64,000 bases of DNA, taken from NCBI GenBank assembly GCA_951406725.2, contig OX597814.1, positions 108,438,001 through 108,502,000 on the forward strand, given 5' to 3'. Of this stretch, positions 1 to 14,984 are shown in pieces (position 1 is the first letter of the stretch; each line of letters begins with the position of its first letter). Both the position numbers and the translations under genes were made by a program. Origin of the DNA: Octopus vulgaris. Lineage: Eukaryota. The notes under the pieces were generated by a model that was not told the DNA's origin, did no database searches, and saw only the letters and a program-made list of their open reading frames with translations.

Positions 1-103
1 GAAGTTATAGTAGAAGAAACCATCCCAAGGTGCTACGCAGTGGTACTGAACCCAGAACCATGTGGTTGGGAAGAAAGGTTACAAAACAGTCACGCTTGCG
101 CCT
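1..103 (-). mobile_element. SINE family 1 (tRNA-like head), partial
   Basis: Reverse complement matches the head AGGCGCAGGAGTGGCTGTGTGGTAAG...CACCTTGGG seen at 15491 and 31114. Confidence 0.8.
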
Positions 104-129
104 ATGTATGAAAAATGAATAAAAGACAA

Positions 130-600
130 GGTGGTCACAAGCAGAATATTGTTTATCATGGGCGTGATTCATTACAGGATGAAACGACATCGATGTTCTT
201 AGCCGTGATGGACATTGTTTCTATCAAAACTTTACTATGAAATGAGATAAATTCCATCAAGTCTTATAATCTCTGTAGGATATTATCTAGCTCCAGACCA
301 CATAAAAACGCTTCTTATGGAATATCGTGCTCTGACATCCGACGCTTGTCTCTGCTTCATAAACAAATCAAGATTCCTCACTCTCAGCCTCCAATTGAAC
401 GAATCATAAGAGATGAGTGGGGTGCGATTTGCTTCTGAGAAAAAAATAATCATCATTATTTGGCAATGCCAGTCGTGTCGAACTCACAACAACTTCTCCG
501 ATATGTTGGGAGAGATTTCTGTCGCAACTGGGATCGCCAAATGATCTTGTGTTACCATACTAAGGTCTTCACATGTCGCATCTCTGGCAATCACATCTCA
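130..600 (-). pseudogene. Possible highly decayed Tc1-like transposase remnant
   Basis: Minus-strand reading IIFFSEANR...RLRVR...SVFMWSGAR*...IRLDG loosely follows the Tc1 pattern IFSDES...VMVWG...IDG; contains stops. Confidence 0.3.
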
Positions 601-686
601 ATACAAGTGTTTGCGACTTTTTCCGCATATATACATTGTACATGCATATATAATATGTGTGTGTGTGTGTGTATGCATATGTGTAT

Positions 687-724
<38 letters not shown>

Positions 725-878
725 ATTATTATCGGAAAATAGTTATTCTCTTTTAGCGCCTTATTACATAACACACTCACTGGTTCGATTCCCACTTATT
801 TACTTATCTATTTTCACACACACACACACACAACACACAGACACACACACAACACGCACACACACACACACATGCACA

Positions 879-929
<51 letters not shown>

Positions 930-931
<2 letters not shown>

Positions 932-1690
932 ATGCTCGAAATGGGGAGTGTATGGACAGCCGACAGCTGATGAAGATTCCTTTCTTTGTGTTTGTTTGTC
1001 CTGTTTTCCATTTTTTATAAACGGCAATAAGAAAATGGATGGGGTCAAGAGATGGTATTCATCAACTTTTAGACATTATATTATGTCTATTTATTTATTT
1101 TTTAGTCTTGAAAGTTTTAGGAAAATAAAAATAAGAAATAAGTGGAAATTTTACAGGTGAGTGTGTTACATTATAAGGCACCAAGAGAAAATGACTCTCC
1201 CCAGACACAAAAGAATATGCTTCAACACACAAACTCATATAAAGAATCTTGCAAACCAAATCCAAAAACGAAATAGTCTTACAGCTGTTTCTGGGATACT
1301 AGGGATATTTCAGAAACAGCTGTAAGACTAACTTTCTCTTTATAAATGTCCTGAAAATTTCATACAGCCTTGGCTTTGTTGTCTCATTTTATTTAACACA
1401 CACACACACACACACGCACATGAATGCTCGAAATGGGGAGTAGATGGACAACCGACAGCTGATGAAGGGTCCTTTCTCTGTGTTTGCTTATCCAGTTTTC
1501 CATTTTTTATAAACGGCAATAAGAAAATGGAGGGGATCAAGAGGTGGTATTCATCAGCTTATAGACATAATATTATGTCTATTTATTTATTTATTTTTTT
1601 AAATATAATTAAATAGAAATAATATAATATCTAAAAGTTGATGAATACCACCTCTTGATTCCTTCCATTTTGTTATTGCCGTATAAATTA
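930..1690. repeat. Locally duplicated ~170-bp repeat (930-1100 and 1422-1590); second copy forms an inverted repeat with 1628-1687
   Basis: Direct similarity visible (GAATGCTCGAAATGGGGAG...TATTATGTCTATTT); 1508-1567 is the reverse complement of 1628-1687. Confidence 0.8.
1274..1330. repeat. 20-bp perfect inverted repeat made of the 3' half of a hammerhead motif
   Basis: TAGTCTTACAGCTGTTTCTG / CAGAAACAGCTGTAAGACTA; same motif and downstream sequence recur at 7941-8040. Confidence 0.75.
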
Positions 1691-1871
1691 AGGGCAAAAC
1701 AACTTTTTACTCTCGCCTATTTATTACATTCAGTAGTGTAATTACCATGCAATGAAAAAAACATTTGAGTATTAATAATTGGGTATTCTACCAGCAGTAT
1801 ATTGGATAGATATTATCCCTTAGTGGGTTGGATTCACAACCGCTGACTATCTTGGAATTATATTATATTAC

Positions 1872-1931
<60 letters not shown>

Positions 1932-2234
1932 ATTTATTATATATATATGTATGTATATACACACACACATCATCATCACGTGTAATTTCGCTTAAGATAT
2001 TTGGAATAGATTTACATTACCTGACAGAATCCTTTCTCTTAAAAAAAACAAAATGAAATATAGAAAAAAGAAGAGAAATTGCTAATTTTGTGCTTAAATT
2101 AGAAATCGTTGCAATATTATCGATCTGAAATCGAACTGTTGTATGTCACTGAGTAATGTGCCAAACTTCGCATAAAGAGAGATTCTCAATAGGTTTGGGC
2201 AATATTTTCATTCGAATACACAAATACTCAAAAC

Positions 2235-2267
<33 letters not shown>

Positions 2268-2472
2268 TTATATACGTACATACATACGCGTGTGTCTGTG
2301 TGTAAATATGAATATCTGTCTAGGCTTGTTTTATTTTTCTTGTGTGTGAGAATTTGTGACAAGCGATGAGATTAAATCTTAATGAAATGAAATTTTTAAA
2401 TTGTGATAAATTGAAGCGTGAAAATTCCGAATATTTTGAAAATATTTATTTTACATAGAAACTTTACACACA

Positions 2473-2504
<32 letters not shown>

Positions 2505-2643
2505 TGTATATATATGTATTGTAATATATATATGTATATATATATATACATACACACATATATATATTTATATATATACATATACACCTATATATGCATA
2601 TATACATATATATACACATACACATACACACATATATGCGTAT

Positions 2644-2676
<33 letters not shown>

Positions 2677-3221
2677 CACATGCATATATATATATATATA
2701 TATAGCTATAGATGTATACACACACATTCACATATATTTATATAAAGGAGGCCCGTTCCAAATGTGATCGATAGATAAGGTGTTTTAAGTAAATATAGAA
2801 AACGAAAGAAAAGCTTTAAATTTTCAAAGATCTTCACAAACGGAATAAACGTAAATTCGCATCAGAATTCAAACAATTGCATAAACAGAAAGATATAAGG
2901 AGGTGGGGTTATTAACGGCGTGGGGGAGTGGTTGTTGGTCGGGTGGAAGGTTAGAGAAGATTCAATTGAATTTTGACTTGGAACAAGGGACTTCGGTGCG
3001 TGGATTAATCGAAATGTTTCGAGAAAATATCTGATCGATTTGCCGTGAATACGGAACTGAAATGAAGATAAAACTCGAAATAAATTTTATCTTTTTATCT
3101 CTAAACGTTTAATTGTTTCATTGAATGGACTGTGGCCAAACTGGAGCACTGTATTGAAGGGTTTAGTTGAACAAATCGACTCCGGAACTTGGCGGAACAT
3201 TTTACATCAAACGGTTGTAAA

Positions 3222-3617
3222 TCTCTCTCTATATATATAAAGCTGAAGTTTTCTGTGTGTGGCAGGTTTGGTAGCCTTCAACTAACGCTATCTCATCCGA
3301 GACCCTGCGGCGCAAGTCGACCAAAATTTAGAGTATGATAGAAGAAGGCTTGCTCTTCCTTCCATAGAAGAAAAAATTAAAAACGAACCATGTTAAGACC
3401 AAAAATTATTTACATCAAAAAGGTGCTTTTTTCTATGAAAATCCCTATTTTTTACGATTTTTTTACTGTTGTGTCGCCAATTTTCGGTGTATTTCAAGCA
3501 GAAAAATGTTCACTTAAAGAGAATAACAAGCTACATAATGCAAAATTTTTACTTTTCAAAAATTCCAATTCTAAAGGGTCGAAACAAACCCGAGGAACGC
3601 CGGGCGATACCGCTAGT
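3222..3617 (+). mobile_element. Non-autonomous Helitron
   Basis: 5' TCT(ATAT)AAAG start; 3' GC-rich hairpin CCCGAGGAACGCCGGG followed by CTAG-T; same 3' end at 35327, 51496 and 61009(-). Confidence 0.75.
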
Positions 3618-4020
3618 TTGAGATAAACCTGAAACCACACATTCTCAGAAAACATTCTGACGCCACTGAACTTTCTGTCCTCAAAACGCATGACAATAAA
3701 TGTATTTGTTAGCTACCATTGTCACGCACAAGATGCATTAACAAAATGTAAGAAGAATTCCTTCAGATTAACTCAAGACTTTTCGTTTTAGATTTCATTT
3801 TTCTGTTTTCTTTTCTTATTTTCCTTGCTATCAGTTATGAACAAGCGAAATATCTTTTTGTCTAAAAAGGAACGCAGAATGATCCACTTGAAATTTTGAA
3901 TTTCTGCATTTCTGTGTATTTTTCGTTCTTCATATTAAACCTGAAGAAGGTAGATATTATGCAGAAATATTTTTCAGCTTCATCTATAATTTATGGCATC
4001 CTTCTTATTGTGTAGTAGTG

Positions 4021-4104
<84 letters not shown>

Positions 4105-4106
<2 letters not shown>

Positions 4107-4192
4107 CACAACAAATCACAGCACATACCCAAGGCACACAGAGCTGCGCTCGGTAGTGAAGTGAAAGCACGCTATAAAAATAAAACTACTGA
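4105..4192 (+). mobile_element. 3' UTR fragment of R4/Dong-like LINE within (AAT)n
   Basis: Matches 32370-32452, which directly follows an RLE ORF end (QKIALLGTAHILRKTLS*). Confidence 0.7.
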
Positions 4193-4201
4193 ATAATAAT
4201 G

Positions 4202-4277
<76 letters not shown>

Positions 4278-4279
<2 letters not shown>

Positions 4280-4730
4280 TCTTTTATTGGCCACAAAGGC
4301 TGACAAAAAATTAATTAAAAACATAAAGGGACAAAACACAGGACGAAAGTTACAAAGGGTTTTGTCCGTTTCAAAAACTCCGTGTAAAAAATCTTTTATT
4401 AGCCACAAGGGCTCAAATACAAAAAAAAAAATAAATGACATACAACATAAAAGATAAAAACAGGACAGTACAATGGGTTTTCCATGTGTACACAATATAA
4501 TAATAAAAATTAAACAAATTAAAACTCCCGATAGGGGAGGCACTTTAAGGTGCTTGTGGAAAACCCCACAAAAACCACAGGTGCATGAACAACAGGGTAA
4601 GAGCTCTTCTCCTTTGATTCCCTTTTTACAGGTGTACACTCAGAATTGGCCCTTTCACACTGGCCATTCTTTCAGCATTCACCTACCTTTCAACAAACTT
4701 GCTACTAGGCAACACCTTCCTCTCTCCCTC
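4278..4730 (-). mobile_element. Tx1/L1-clade LINE 3' end fragment (3' tail duplicated)
   Basis: Homologous to 14225-14520 and 43415-43790; ends on minus strand with ...CTTTGTGGCCAATAAAAGAA. Confidence 0.7.
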
Positions 4731-4734
4731 TGAC

Positions 4735-5225
4735 ATGAGTATACCTTGGGATCATAATACATCGACAAAAGAATTTAATAAACTCAAAAAATATAAAGAT
4801 TTGCTGATTGAAATCGAAAAAAAATGTGGCATCTGAAGACGGTTGTTATACCAGTGATTGTAGGAGCATTTGGAATAATCAAAAAAGGAACTGAAAATTA
4901 TTTAAGGATGATTCCTGGCTTACAATCCATGCAGGAAGTACAAAAGATTGTTTTAAGGGTACGTTACACGTATTGCGAAGAGCAGTGTCGCTGTGAATTT
5001 TCTTTCATTTTTCCCCTTTATTTTCTTTGTTTTCTTTTTCCCTTTTTGTTTTTCTTCTTTTGTTCTTTTCTCTGTCTTTCTTCTCCTTTTTTCTCTATCA
5101 CATGACTTTGTAAATGAACAACCTGGTGTCTTTATTTTAATGGCCTACCAATGTATACAGTGAGTTTCTTTGCCCTAGGTGTTGAGAAGACATTTGGTAA
5201 GAAATAGAAACAAAATTGAAAGAAC
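4735..5225 (+). mobile_element. R4/Dong-like RLE LINE 3' fragment
   Basis: MWHLKTVVIPVIVGAFGIIKKGTENYLRMIPGL..QEVQKIVL is nearly the same as the end of the 28114-29189 ORF; shared 3' UTR; followed by (AAC)/(AAT)n. Confidence 0.85.
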
Positions 5226-5281
5226 AAGATGATAATAACAACAACAACAACAACAACAACAACAAAAACAACAACAACAAC

Positions 5282-5328
<47 letters not shown>

Positions 5329-5415
5329 TAATAATAATAATAATGTAATGATAATAATAATAATAACAATAATAATAATAAAAATAATAATAAATATTAT
5401 TATTATTATTATTAA

Positions 5416-5469
<54 letters not shown>

Positions 5470-5470
<1 letters not shown>

Positions 5471-6362
5471 AACACTATACAAGAAATTGAAAACGAATGA
5501 AACTGAAAATAGGTGGGGAAAGAAAAGAATGCATGGTCAATTTCATAGGTATGTTGAAGATAAGACAGACAGAGAAAAAAGATGGTTGTGGTTGACTAAA
5601 ATGATTTAAACCGGAAAAAGAGGCTCTAATCTGTGCTGCCCAAGAGCAAGCACTAAGAACAAACTACATAAAATACAGAATAGACAACACATCAGAAAGT
5701 GATAAGTGCAGAATCTTTGGACAAAACGGTGAAACTGTATGGCATATTACCAGCCAGTGTACGCCAGTAGACCAGAAGGAATATAAGAGACGCCATGATA
5801 ATATAGCCAGGCTTATCCATTGGACACTTTGCAATAAGTATGGACTTGACGGAGCAAAAAATTAGTACGACCACAAACCTGAAGGCATCGTCGAAAATGG
5901 AAATGCAAAGATCCTATGGGATTTTATGATTCAGTGCGACCATGAGATTGAGAATAGGAAGCCGGACATAGTCTTCATTGAGAAAGAAAGCAAACTACGC
6001 TGGAGCATAGATATAGCATGCCCAGCAGACAACAAGGTATGCGATAAGGAAGAAAAAAGAGTTGAGAGATATGACAGGTTAGCTTGGGAAGTTAAGCAGT
6101 TGTGGTCGATGAAAAAGGTAGCAGTAATATCAATAATTGTCGGAGCCCTGGGAACAGTGAGCAAAAAACTTGGAAAGTACGTGGAAGAAATAGGGGCTGC
6201 AATAAGAGTGGAACACTTGCAGAAAACATCACTGCTTGGAACCGTTCAAATACTCCGGAAGGTGCTTGAAAAATAAGAGGTGTTACCTTAGTTCACTGGT
6301 AGTGAACAGCTGACTTTGTAGTACATCTCCAGCATTAGAAGCTGTACAAAGGCAATAAAGAA
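5470..6362 (+). mobile_element. R4/Dong-like RLE LINE 3' fragment (second subfamily), decayed
   Basis: LICAAQEQALRT, C..ETVWHI.S.C, RRHD, KPDIV..IDIACP..E..K..RY motifs; flanked by (AAT)n/(ATT)n. Confidence 0.85.
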
Positions 6363-6463
<101 letters not shown>

Positions 6464-6499
6464 TAATAATAACAACAACAACAACAACAATAATAATAA

Positions 6500-6825
6500 G
6501 TACGGACTTGACAATGCAAAGAACCTATGGGATTTTATGATTCAGTGCGACCATGAGATAGAGAATAGGAAGCCAGACATAGTGTTAATTGAGAAAGAAA
6601 GCAAACGATGCTGGATCATAGATATAGCATGCCCAGCAGACAACAAGATATATGATAAGGAAGAAAAGAAAGTCGAGAGATATGACAGGTTAGCTTGGGA
6701 GGTTAAGTAGTTGTGGTCGATGAAAAAGGTGGTAGTAGTACCAATAATTGTCGGAGCCCTGGGAACAGTGAGTAAAAATCTTGGGAAGTACATACAACAA
6801 ATAGGGGCTGCAATAAGAGTGGAGT
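6500..6825 (+). mobile_element. Second copy of the same RLE endonuclease segment
   Basis: Closely similar to 5900-6212; in-frame stop at ~6708. Confidence 0.8.
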
Positions 6826-6829
6826 TCTG

Positions 6830-7175
6830 TTAGATGTTGACACAGTTATAAAACAATTGGAGCAGGAACAAACTTACAAATACCTCGGAATAAATTAAGG
6901 CTCTGGCATTCAGCATGCAAGCATGAAAGAGAAGGTTAGAAAGGAATGTTACAGGAGAGCAGTCCTTAAATTTGAGCTAAATGCACATACCCAGGCGTTA
7001 GCCATAAATTCATAAGTAGTTCCAGTTATTACTTATGGTTAGAATATGTTGAACTGGAATATCAGTGAAGTAAAGGAAATACACAAGCTGTTGAGGTGTA
7101 ATAAGAAACACTGCCTAAAGAGCCGAAGGAGGTCGAGGCTTGATCCAGTTTGAAACCTCTTACAAAACCATTGCA
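6830..7175 (+). mobile_element. R4/Dong-like RT C-terminal fragment, decayed
   Basis: YKYLGI and GGRGLIQFETSYKT motifs, the latter matching 28147-28190. Confidence 0.7.
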
Positions 7176-7179
7176 CTGC

Positions 7180-7433
7180 TAAACTTCCCGTCATTATTGC
7201 GGGTGTAACCCTCCGCGATACGTGAAAATCCGCGAACTAGAAACAGTACTGTGCTGTATATATTTTTTATTGTTTTTATAGTTTACATATATTTATTTTA
7301 TTATAACTGCAAAACAACAACACGGAGGAATTGATCTAAGCTTAAATAATAAACTGCGATAGGTGAACCGCAATAGGTGAACCGCGATAGGTGAACCGTG
7401 ATAGGCGAACCGCGATATGGCGAGGGATTACTG
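7180..7433. mobile_element. pogo/Tigger-like MITE with internal 14-bp tandem repeat
   Basis: Ends ...CGAGGGATTACTG-TA (Tigger-like TIR plus TA); about 4 copies of GCGATAGGTGAACC at 7357-7415. Confidence 0.6.
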
Positions 7434-7559
7434 TAAACGCTGACTGCTGACAAGATTTTCCATCATAAAAGGGTAAAATACCCAATCTTTCTGCTGTATA
7501 TAAATATGTGTATGTGTATATGTATACACGCGCACAGACACACACACACACATATGCAC

Positions 7560-7865
7560 CCACTGTTTTGTCCTGTTATTACTATTCTTGTTTTTTATTT
7601 CTATTTTTTGTTTCTTGTATTTATATTCGTGTGGCATCCTGTCCTTGTTTCGTATACATTCGATCCTCTTTCCAAGAAATCTAATGCCCGTGGCTTAGTT
7701 TTTCTTTGGGGCTGGCCGTATCGGAGCGATATCGAGGATTAATCAGCCGAAATTGCTAAGATGATCCGGTTCCCGACTGAACATTAGAGGCTTCGAATGA
7801 CCCGTCTTTTTTCTTTGTGCCGTCTCTTTTTGTGTTTTTGCGTTCTTGTCCCATTTTGTAATTTA
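7560..7865 (+). repeat. Interspersed non-coding repeat next to (TA)n, related to 53160-53480 (-)
   Basis: Shared blocks CGTATACATTCG...AAATCTAATGC...CGAATGA.CCGTCTTT. Confidence 0.55.
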
Positions 7866-7877
7866 TATTTAATTTCT

Positions 7878-7944
<67 letters not shown>

Positions 7945-8036
7945 GGGATATCCCAGAAACAGCTGTAAGACTATATCTCTTTCCTTATAAAAGTTCTGAA
8001 AACTATTCACACCCTTGGCTGTGTTATCTGTTCTTG

Positions 8037-8072
<36 letters not shown>

Positions 8073-8553
8073 GCATATATATTCATGCACGTGACTGGTC
8101 ACCGGTTACACACCCATGACATTTCGTACATTTCAACAGATAAGGATACACATATATCTTGCCATGGCAAGAAAAGATAAACTCCCCTCTGTGATTCATC
8201 CAATAGTGCAGTATCGTCCGATGAAATGAATCAATGAGGTTGATCAACCGTAAGCCCACGGATAATACGGATTGTACTGTACTAATCCAAAGGGATACCG
8301 ACTCTGATGTCAAAATCATGTGATTTGTGGAAACGCGCGGAGCGACGTATTAGATATTTACAAATTTCATTCTAGGATTATTGCTATTATTACATTATAT
8401 CGGTATAACCACGACGCATCCCCGAAAAGCTGACTCACTCGTAAGTATCATTAGACGGTGGCCAGCATAAGGAAATAGGTTTATTTGCATGTCCTTAACG
8501 TTGCTATAAACGAATTATATATATATATATACATACATAGATACATACATACA

Positions 8554-8642
<89 letters not shown>

Positions 8643-8756
8643 CCATACATGACCGTGATGGATATTTAATACTATACTTTTCGGATATGTGACCGCGTGT
8701 GTATCGTTGCCAAATTTCCCTCCATCTTCCCTTCCTTGGATCTTTCCTTTTCCTAT

Positions 8757-8791
8757 GTTTCTGACGAAGTGCTCCGCTCGAAACGTTAAAT
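8757..8791 (+). ncRNA. Minimal type I hammerhead ribozyme motif (family A) in a ~210-bp repeat
   Basis: gttt-CTGACGA-A-GTGC-tcc-GCTC-GAA-ACGT-T-aaat; one stem II mismatch; second copy at 30897-30931(-). Confidence 0.7.
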
Positions 8792-8893
8792 CTCCTTCTT
8801 TCTCTCCTTTCCTGATCGTCCAATAACACTATACTTGTTCCACGTCCTCGCGTTGTCGTGTTTTCTCTTTGTGTTTTCATGTTTCGATTAACT

Positions 8894-8973
<80 letters not shown>

Positions 8974-9419
8974 ATTGCTCCATCTTGGACAGATGCCTTG
9001 CGCCTTCACTTATAGACATATACATGAGTCTTGGGACAGCAGCAGCACAATGGGGTGAGAGGTTGTGGCTCAGGGGAAGGACACACTGCTGCTAAACACT
9101 ATAACACACACACACATACATACACATAGACACATACGGACGCGCACACACACTCAAACAAAGATACAAACGCATGCGCACATAAGGATACACATCTTAG
9201 AAGAACAGAATGGGGTAAGTGGAGCAAGAACACGCACGGAAACGAAAAGTGTCACCGAAGAGGACACAGATGTGTGACGAAAGATTTCTGGACAATGGAC
9301 AGGCGCTAAAATAATAAAATAACTGTAATAAACGAGTGAAGGAAAAATATAGTGCGTGTGTTTATTTGGCAAAAAAAAAAACCCTCAAATAAAATAAAAT
9401 GACTATCCCGAAGTGCAAC

Positions 9420-10689
<1,270 letters not shown>

Positions 10690-10732
10690 ATACATATACA
10701 TATATATATATATACATATACATATATATATA

Positions 10733-11010
10733 GTGACGTATATTTGCCATTTGAATATGGCTAACCCCTAAGGGTGGATGCTACTGTAGTTTGTAGCCCC
10801 AGGAAGACACCTCCTCCAGCTGGCTATAGACACACTTTCTGTGCCTTATCAGTATTTGTGAAGGGAAGTCATCCTTCTCGTCTTCAACTTATGATAGAGC
10901 ACAGAAAGTGTGTCTATAGCCATCTGGAGGAGGTGTCTTCCTGGGGCTACAAACTACAGTAGCATCCACCCTTAGGGGTTAACCATATTCAAATGGCAAA
11001 TATACGTCAC
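10733..11010. mobile_element. Foldback MITE with ~115-bp near-perfect TIRs
   Basis: GTGACGTATATTTGCCATTTGAATATGG... is the reverse complement of ...CCATATTCAAATGGCAAATATACGTCAC. Confidence 0.85.
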
Positions 11011-11082
11011 GATGTGTTGCCGCTACTGTTTATAACTCGCTCTGAGATTTATCATCATATATATATACATATATATATATAC

Positions 11083-11157
<75 letters not shown>

Positions 11158-11198
11158 CATGTATATATATATATATAAATATATATATATATACACAC

Positions 11199-11232
<34 letters not shown>

Positions 11233-11544
11233 ATATATATATGCAAGTATATACACTACGTGCGCCCTAGAATTCCTGGAAGTTGATCCAACGATGAATG
11301 GTAAGTATTACTAATGACGCCTAGTAGCCATAAGTGGTGAACGTGCTCCGCGGACACACGACTTACCTGAAACAAGCTTTGGATACTGCGTTTGACGAAT
11401 ACTTTCTAAACCTTAATCCCTTAACTTTAAAATCGACTCTATATCTATCTATCTATACCGTTTGTCTATGTATGTAAAGACCGTTTGATTGATGTATTTT
11501 CTGCATTTAACTGTTAGCATTTACTTAATGCGCTCGGTTTGTAA

Positions 11545-12005
11545 GACGACAAAAGCAACATGACGACGACAGCAATGACAATAAGTTCAACAACGACAGC
11601 CACAACAGCATCAACAATAACCACCACCACAACCACCACCACCATATGCACCACCGCCACCACAACCACCATCACAACCACCACCACCACCACCACCACC
11701 ATCACCACCACCACTATCACACCACCAACACTAACACCAACACCAACAGCAGAAACAACAACCACTATCGCCACTTTTGCTACCACCACCACCACCACCA
11801 CCACCACCACCACCACCATCCACAACAGCAGCAGCAACAGAAGCAACAACGACCACCACTACCACCGCTACCTCCAACACTAACACCAACAGCAACCACA
11901 ACAACAACAACAGAAAAACAACCACTACCACCACCTCTGCTACCACCACCACCACCAACAACAACAACACCACCACCACCAACAACAACACCACAGCAAC
12001 AACAG
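11545..12005. repeat. (CAC)/(CAA)/(CAG) compound trinucleotide tract
   Basis: Low-complexity triplets seen directly. Confidence 0.95.
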
Positions 12006-12324
12006 CGTTGATGTACATCTGTCCCTGACCCACTTCAACAGATTATAATTAGCCGCTGCTGCTGTGTACTGAAACAAATTCGTCTCTATGGCTGCCGCAA
12101 CATTTTCTGAAGTTCCTTGCCCTCAGATTTCGGCCACTTTATCAAAATTGTGGGTAATGGTATAAACGCCACAACATACCCTTTGTACATAAAGCAACTT
12201 CGTAAACCTACTTACAAGACATTAAAGTATATGTTAAACAAAAAATAGAAATTTGATTTCTGCTCGAATTTACATTCTAAAAACTTCCATGATGGCAAGA
12301 CCGACCTTACAAAGCGTTGTTGGA

Positions 12325-12665
12325 GCTTCAGGCCAACTAGGTTTTGCAACCTTTACACCACCGGGAGTCGAAGCAATACAGCGAAGCTACACTAAGAAGA
12401 TCGTCTCAATGCGACACGTCAGTTACTGGAAGAAACTGAAAAAGTTAAAACTGGATTCCCTAGAGCGGTGGCGGGAAAGACACGCAGTGATATACATCTG
12501 GAAAACCCGAGAAGAACTTGGACCAAACTTTGGTATTGGAAGTTGCACAAACAGCAGAATCGGGCGCCACTGCATATTGCCAAAAATCTCAATATTGTCA
12601 TCAGGATAGAGGTCCAGATTCTTCGACCGCTTGGCATTCGAGAGCTCACCGTTCTTCAGTACTGT
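12325..12665 (+). mobile_element. CR1-group LINE 3' fragment
   Basis: EAIQRSYTKKI..MRHVSYWKKLKKLKLDSLERWRERHAVIYIWK fits the CR1 ORF2 C-terminal E.VQRRATK.I...Y.ERL..L.L.SLE.RR motif. Confidence 0.75.
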
Positions 12666-12717
12666 GGGTAATGGTATAAACCTCCCAAAAACCTGACACA
12701 CCTTCATGGGGTGGGTG

Positions 12718-12811
<94 letters not shown>

Positions 12812-13039
12812 AAACGGTAGAAGTAAATATTTAGAGCTTTAACATCTGTTATTGTATTTATGCAGAACACCGATGAGGTAAAGTGCAAGATTAAATAATG
12901 TTTGAACAACATTTTACTGAAACACGTGTATGTCCTATAACACACAGACTACCATATCTATTTTCTGCTTCTTCATTGTCATCATTAACATCATCATCTT
13001 CATCATCCTCATCATTATCATCATCATCATTAGTATGTG

Positions 13040-13555
13040 ATGTCAGATGTCTCACAGGGTCTCGTCCTGCACATTATAAGCTTTGATATTTGGTTGTTAA
13101 TTATTGTGGGAGATATTCAACATCCAAGTACCAATCTCAAAATCCTAGCTGTACCCAATAGAGCAATTGTTTAGGCTTGCCCTGCTCTCATGTTAATTCC
13201 GATTTCTTTGATATATTTGTCGAACTTGGTTGTTAGTGCTCCGAGTTTGTAGTTTGTACTTTCCAATCTTTTCTACCGCTTTGTTACTTATGCGTGCATC
13301 TCCAGCTATTGCAACATCTATGACCTTGGTTTCATTTTTTCCTTTATCTACTCCAAGAATATTTGGTCTACAAGTCTCGACTAGGGAGTTATATTGGATT
13401 GTAAAATCCAATCTTATTGTACTTGTTCTCGGTGACTCCTGGTTCATGTTCGTACCATTTCCGTACTCTGTTCAGGCCGTACTTTTCACATAGACTCCAG
13501 TGAACAAATTTAGTCACGTTATTGTGCCTCCTTTTGTAGTGCTTTTGGGGCATCG
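13040..13555 (-). mobile_element. R4/Dong-like RLE LINE 3' fragment, decayed
   Basis: Minus strand YKRRHNNVTKFVHWSLCEKYGL..WYEHEP and RPNILGVDK..TKVIDVAIAGD..K..KY. Confidence 0.75.
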
Positions 13556-14108
13556 CCAATGCAGCACCAGGCAGTGGCTCTCATGGCTTCTGATCTTAAC
13601 TGATTGGAAGTGTTATCATGCACATTGTTTTGTCTTGGTATAAAAGATGGACTACAGCAAATATTCTGCTCAATACCACAGATTTGCTTGTCAGTTGTTT
13701 GACCTTAACCAGTTGAACATGTCCTTTAGTGGCTGACGATATGTGAATCTCTGATCACGATCAGAAGTAGTGGGGGAGCATCATAGTTGTGTGTTGAGAG
13801 GGATTCTTTGGGGTTTTAATAATTCACCTCTGGAAACATGAGTGTTTCGTTCAATATCCTTAAACAACCCTTATTCAGGGACCTTTTCGGCGGGATGGGT
13901 TACTCGAACAGAAGAAAATTCTAACTGGGTCCCACCTGCAAGGACATGTGCTGTTTATCTTGATATGAGATCACCATGTCGCGCACATATGGTTGTGATA
14001 CATGCATCTAGTGTACCCTTATCAGACGGGTAGTCATGATGGATATACTGGGCTTCGTATATTTTACCCCAGTGTCACTTTGATGGCATGCACTGCTCTC
14101 TCACTCAA
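13555..14108 (+). mobile_element. ~560-bp non-coding interspersed element ending in (TAA)n
   Basis: Highly similar to 29390-29962; both end CTGCTCTCTCACTC-AATAAT. Confidence 0.8.
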
Positions 14109-14116
14109 TAATAATG

Positions 14117-14181
<65 letters not shown>

Positions 14182-14224
14182 CCTTTCTACTATAGGCACA
14201 AGGCCTGAAACTTTTGGGGGAGGG

Positions 14225-14831
14225 GGCCAACATAAAAGACAAAAACAGGACAATACAATGGGTTTTCTGCGTGTACACAATATAATAACAATAAAAATTG
14301 AACAAATTAAAACTCCCAATAGGGGAGGCTCTTTAAGGTCCCCGTGGAAAAACCTACAAAAGCTACAGGTGCCTGAACAACAGGGCAGGAGCCTTTCTCC
14401 TTTGATTCCCTGTTTGTACAGCTGCACGCTCAGAATTGGTCCTTTCACATTGGCCATTCTTTCAACATTCACCCACCTTCCAACAAACTTGCTACAAGAC
14501 AGCACTTCCCTCTCTTCACCTTCAACTTCCTTTTCAAGTGAAACTTGAAAAAGTTGATGAGGGTTTGGCCAAAGAAGAAAGTGTCTGTCTTTAAGCCCTT
14601 TCAAACAGGTCCACCATACTATCTCTTTTGCTACAGCCACTAAACAGATAAAAAAAGTGCCTGCCCTTCCCGGACAAAAGAGGGCGGTGGTGTAATTTTC
14701 ACAGTATATTCAGCTGATAACCTGTTCCGTCCTACACGCGACAGCAGGTGTTCGACATAAATCCACAGGTCAGCAATACTCGGGCACTGGACGAGGGCGT
14801 GCAGCACGGTTCCATCGTTCTGGGCGCACCT
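14225..14831 (-). mobile_element. Tx1/L1-clade LINE ORF2 C-terminus (zinc-finger region) plus 3' UTR, 5'-truncated
   Basis: Minus strand RCAQNDGTVLHALVQCPSIADLW...VAVAKEIVWW..LKGL...EREVLS.SKFVGRW. Confidence 0.8.
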
Positions 14832-14984
14832 AATAATATTCAGTTATAAAAATAGATGATCTTTTTAAACATTGAATGACTATTAGGGTCCAGTAGTAAA
14901 ATGGGAATTAAAAGGGGTCCATAGGAAAACAAGAAAATGGTTGAGAAGCATTAGTTGAATCAATAACAACATTTGAGAAGTAAT

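Noticed and set aside
930-980. Permuted (type II) hammerhead from GAAA followed by CTGATGA, also at ~21135-21175
   Set aside because: Stems I and III cannot be formed between the two motifs
3942-3970. CTGAAGA...GAAA hammerhead-like motif
   Set aside because: Stem II and stem I pairing too poor to distinguish from chance
8140-8249. Plus-strand exon between an AG acceptor and a GTAAG donor
   Set aside because: All three frames contain stops and there is no other support
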